Positions 62,908-64,000 of a stretch of DNA of 64,000 nt are shown here, piece by piece. Made by a program: the position numbers and the translations under genes. The stretch lies in contig PMBI01000094.1 in the NCBI GenBank assembly GCA_003153775.1, positions 70,959 to 134,958 on the forward strand, given 5' to 3'. The first letter of the stretch is position 1. Each line of letters opens with the position of its first letter. This stretch comes from Syntrophaceae bacterium. GTDB taxonomy: Bacteria; Desulfobacterota; Syntrophia; Syntrophales; UBA2185. The notes under the pieces are model-generated. The model searched no databases, was not told the origin of the DNA, and was given only the letters and a program-made list of their open reading frames with translations.

Positions 62908-63456
62908 TCATGCCTCTGCACCGATTTCCTTCAGGCCTTCTGTGATATGGCTCCTGATGAAATTCAGGACAGTCACATGATTAATTGGTATATCTTCAAG
63001 CTCTCTTTTAATTTCACGTGTATCGAAAATATATGTCTGACCACTATGCTCATGTCGGTAAATAATATCTATGTCCTTATTTCCGGCAATCAATGTGACC
63101 AGTGTAGCTGATATGTCTCCAAGGGGCTGTCTGTCAATGTGACTGAGTTTGAAATCTGCAGCAACCCTTGTTCCTTCACCTCCCTTCGATTCGATTATAA
63201 ATCTGCCGTCCGCTCTTTCGGCTGCTTGGGCAAGCATGGGAAGTCCCAATCCGACGCTGCGTACGGTTTTCGTTGTAAAAAAAGGGTCGATGACTTTTTT
63301 TAAAACATCCTCACTCATGCCGGAGCCATCATCCCGTATTTCCAACGATAGGACGTCCCTTTCTGTATCCTCTATAATGTCAATAGATACGGTCTTGGCG
63401 CCCGCCCTGGTTGAGTTTTCTACAATATCCAGGATATGCAGGGATATCTCAAGCAA
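62908..63456 (-). CDS. Histidine-kinase-like ATPase (HATPase_c only) protein
   Basis: N box (LDIVENSTRAGA), G1 (IRDDGSGM), G2 (GLGLPM). No DHp/His domain. TTG start abutting the PHP stop. Confidence 0.75.
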   Translation of the reverse strand: MLEISLHILDIVENSTRAGAKTVSIDIIEDTERDVLSLEIRDDGSGMSEDVLKKVIDPFFTTKTVRSVGLGLPMLAQAAERADGRFIIESKGGEGTRVAADFKLSHIDRQPLGDISATLVTLIAGNKDIDIIYRHEHSGQTYIFDTREIKRELEDIPINHVTVLNFIRSHITEGLKEIGAEA

Positions 63457-64000
63457 CTATATCTCCTGAATATATCTTCCACCTTGGCGCCTAAAGGCCA
63501 TTTTCAGTTCCGAAATGGTGCCGCTTTCGAGAAATATCGTTGTCACCCCATGTCCGATATCGTCAATAAAGTGTGCATCTGATGACTCGATGAAAGGGTA
63601 ACCTGACAACTCCGCGTATTTTATCCTGGCCTCTTTGATTCCCATACGGTGCGTCACCTCAAGGGCGTCAAGGTGAATTTCCGGATCGATAAATCCCAAC
63701 TGACTAATGACGCTAAAGCTTTCCCGATCAATATGGGAGGCAATCACAAGTCCACCGAAGCCATGAATCTGATCGATAATTTCCGGCAGCGATAACTTGG
63801 TTGCTCCGAGGAGAAATCTGTCGTTGAAGCCCTCGACTTCATCCAGGTCATTGACGATGGCCTGGCACCCGAATATTTCCTCTCGATTCGTGCCGGAGAG
63901 ATGACCATAGATAATATTCTGGATCTTCGTGAGACCGTCCAGCGTATCAAAAAGAGCCAACAGATGGACTTCTTCGCTGCTTGTTATTTCCATGCCCGGC
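63457..64000 (-). CDS. PHP-domain protein; 5' end outside window
   Basis: ..PGMEITSSEEVHLLALF ... ASHIDR ... ESSDAH metal-ligand pattern. The frame is open to the window edge, and the N-terminal HxH motif is not in the window. Confidence 0.7.
   Translation of the reverse strand, partial: PGMEITSSEEVHLLALFDTLDGLTKIQNIIYGHLSGTNREEIFGCQAIVNDLDEVEGFNDRFLLGATKLSLPEIIDQIHGFGGLVIASHIDRESFSVISQLGFIDPEIHLDALEVTHRMGIKEARIKYAELSGYPFIESSDAHFIDDIGHGVTTIFLESGTISELKMAFRRQGGRYIQEI

Noticed and set aside
1-64000. CRISPR arrays, rRNA genes, IS elements/transposases, integrases
   Set aside because: I saw no regularly spaced direct repeats, no rRNA-like conserved blocks, and no DDE, tyrosine- or serine-recombinase motifs in any listed ORF. 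The only repeats found are those reported above.

Overview
Dense 64-kb bacterial chromosomal segment. The gene content looks like an anaerobic deltaproteobacterium-type (Desulfobacterota-like) genome: sigma-54 activators, a NuoE/NuoF-type flavin module, and DUF1844-ispE-tRNA-Gln-prs-ctc-pth-ychF synteny. That taxon call is inference only.

Most of the window is ordinary housekeeping:
- mltA (5' partial), hup, trpS, scpAB, rluB, ihfB-like, an M50 protease, radC and sodB.
- znuABC, and a tetR-OMF-MFP-RND efflux operon.
- An EF-G paralog, ychF-pth-ctc-prs, and ispE.
- A heat-shock cluster (htpX, clpB, with rpoH divergent).
- dnaB-rplI and rpsF-rpsR, metF, and an AMIN/LysM amidase.
- I found no rRNA, CRISPR array, transposase or integrase.

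Parts that deserve a second look:
1. A K+ channel / cNMP-binding / GAF-GAF sigma-54 activator module. It is followed by a near-consensus sigma-54 promoter with upstream dyads and an IHF-like site, aimed at an orphan 78-aa acidic ORF or an sRNA (31.5-36.2 kb).
2. A roughly 400-nt ORF-free, hairpin-dense region that I cannot assign to any RNA family (28.25-28.65 kb).
3. A dispersed intergenic repeat of about 90-120 nt with a conserved imperfect hairpin (27.26 kb and 47.98 kb, plus a degenerate copy at 50.2 kb).
4. An AT-rich islet beside tRNA-Arg(CCG) (50.4-53.1 kb). It encodes a lipoprotein, a K+-channel-like protein with about 200 aa inserted between TM1 and the TTVGYGD pore, two tiny membrane proteins, and repeated gene-tail remnants.
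5. A 5'-truncated tRNA-Met(CAT) copy that keeps its own terminator (57.97-58.07 kb).
6. A 1020-aa NuoF-GltD/NfnB fusion with NuoE-like, 2Fe-2S, HATPase and PHP partners and no hydrogenase subunit downstream (58.8-64 kb). This suggests a fused Stn/Nfn-like transhydrogenase.
7. A CHASE2 Ser/Thr kinase - PP2C - double-FHA operon (18.6-22.8 kb).

All functional calls come from reading motifs in the translated ORFs. No database search was run.
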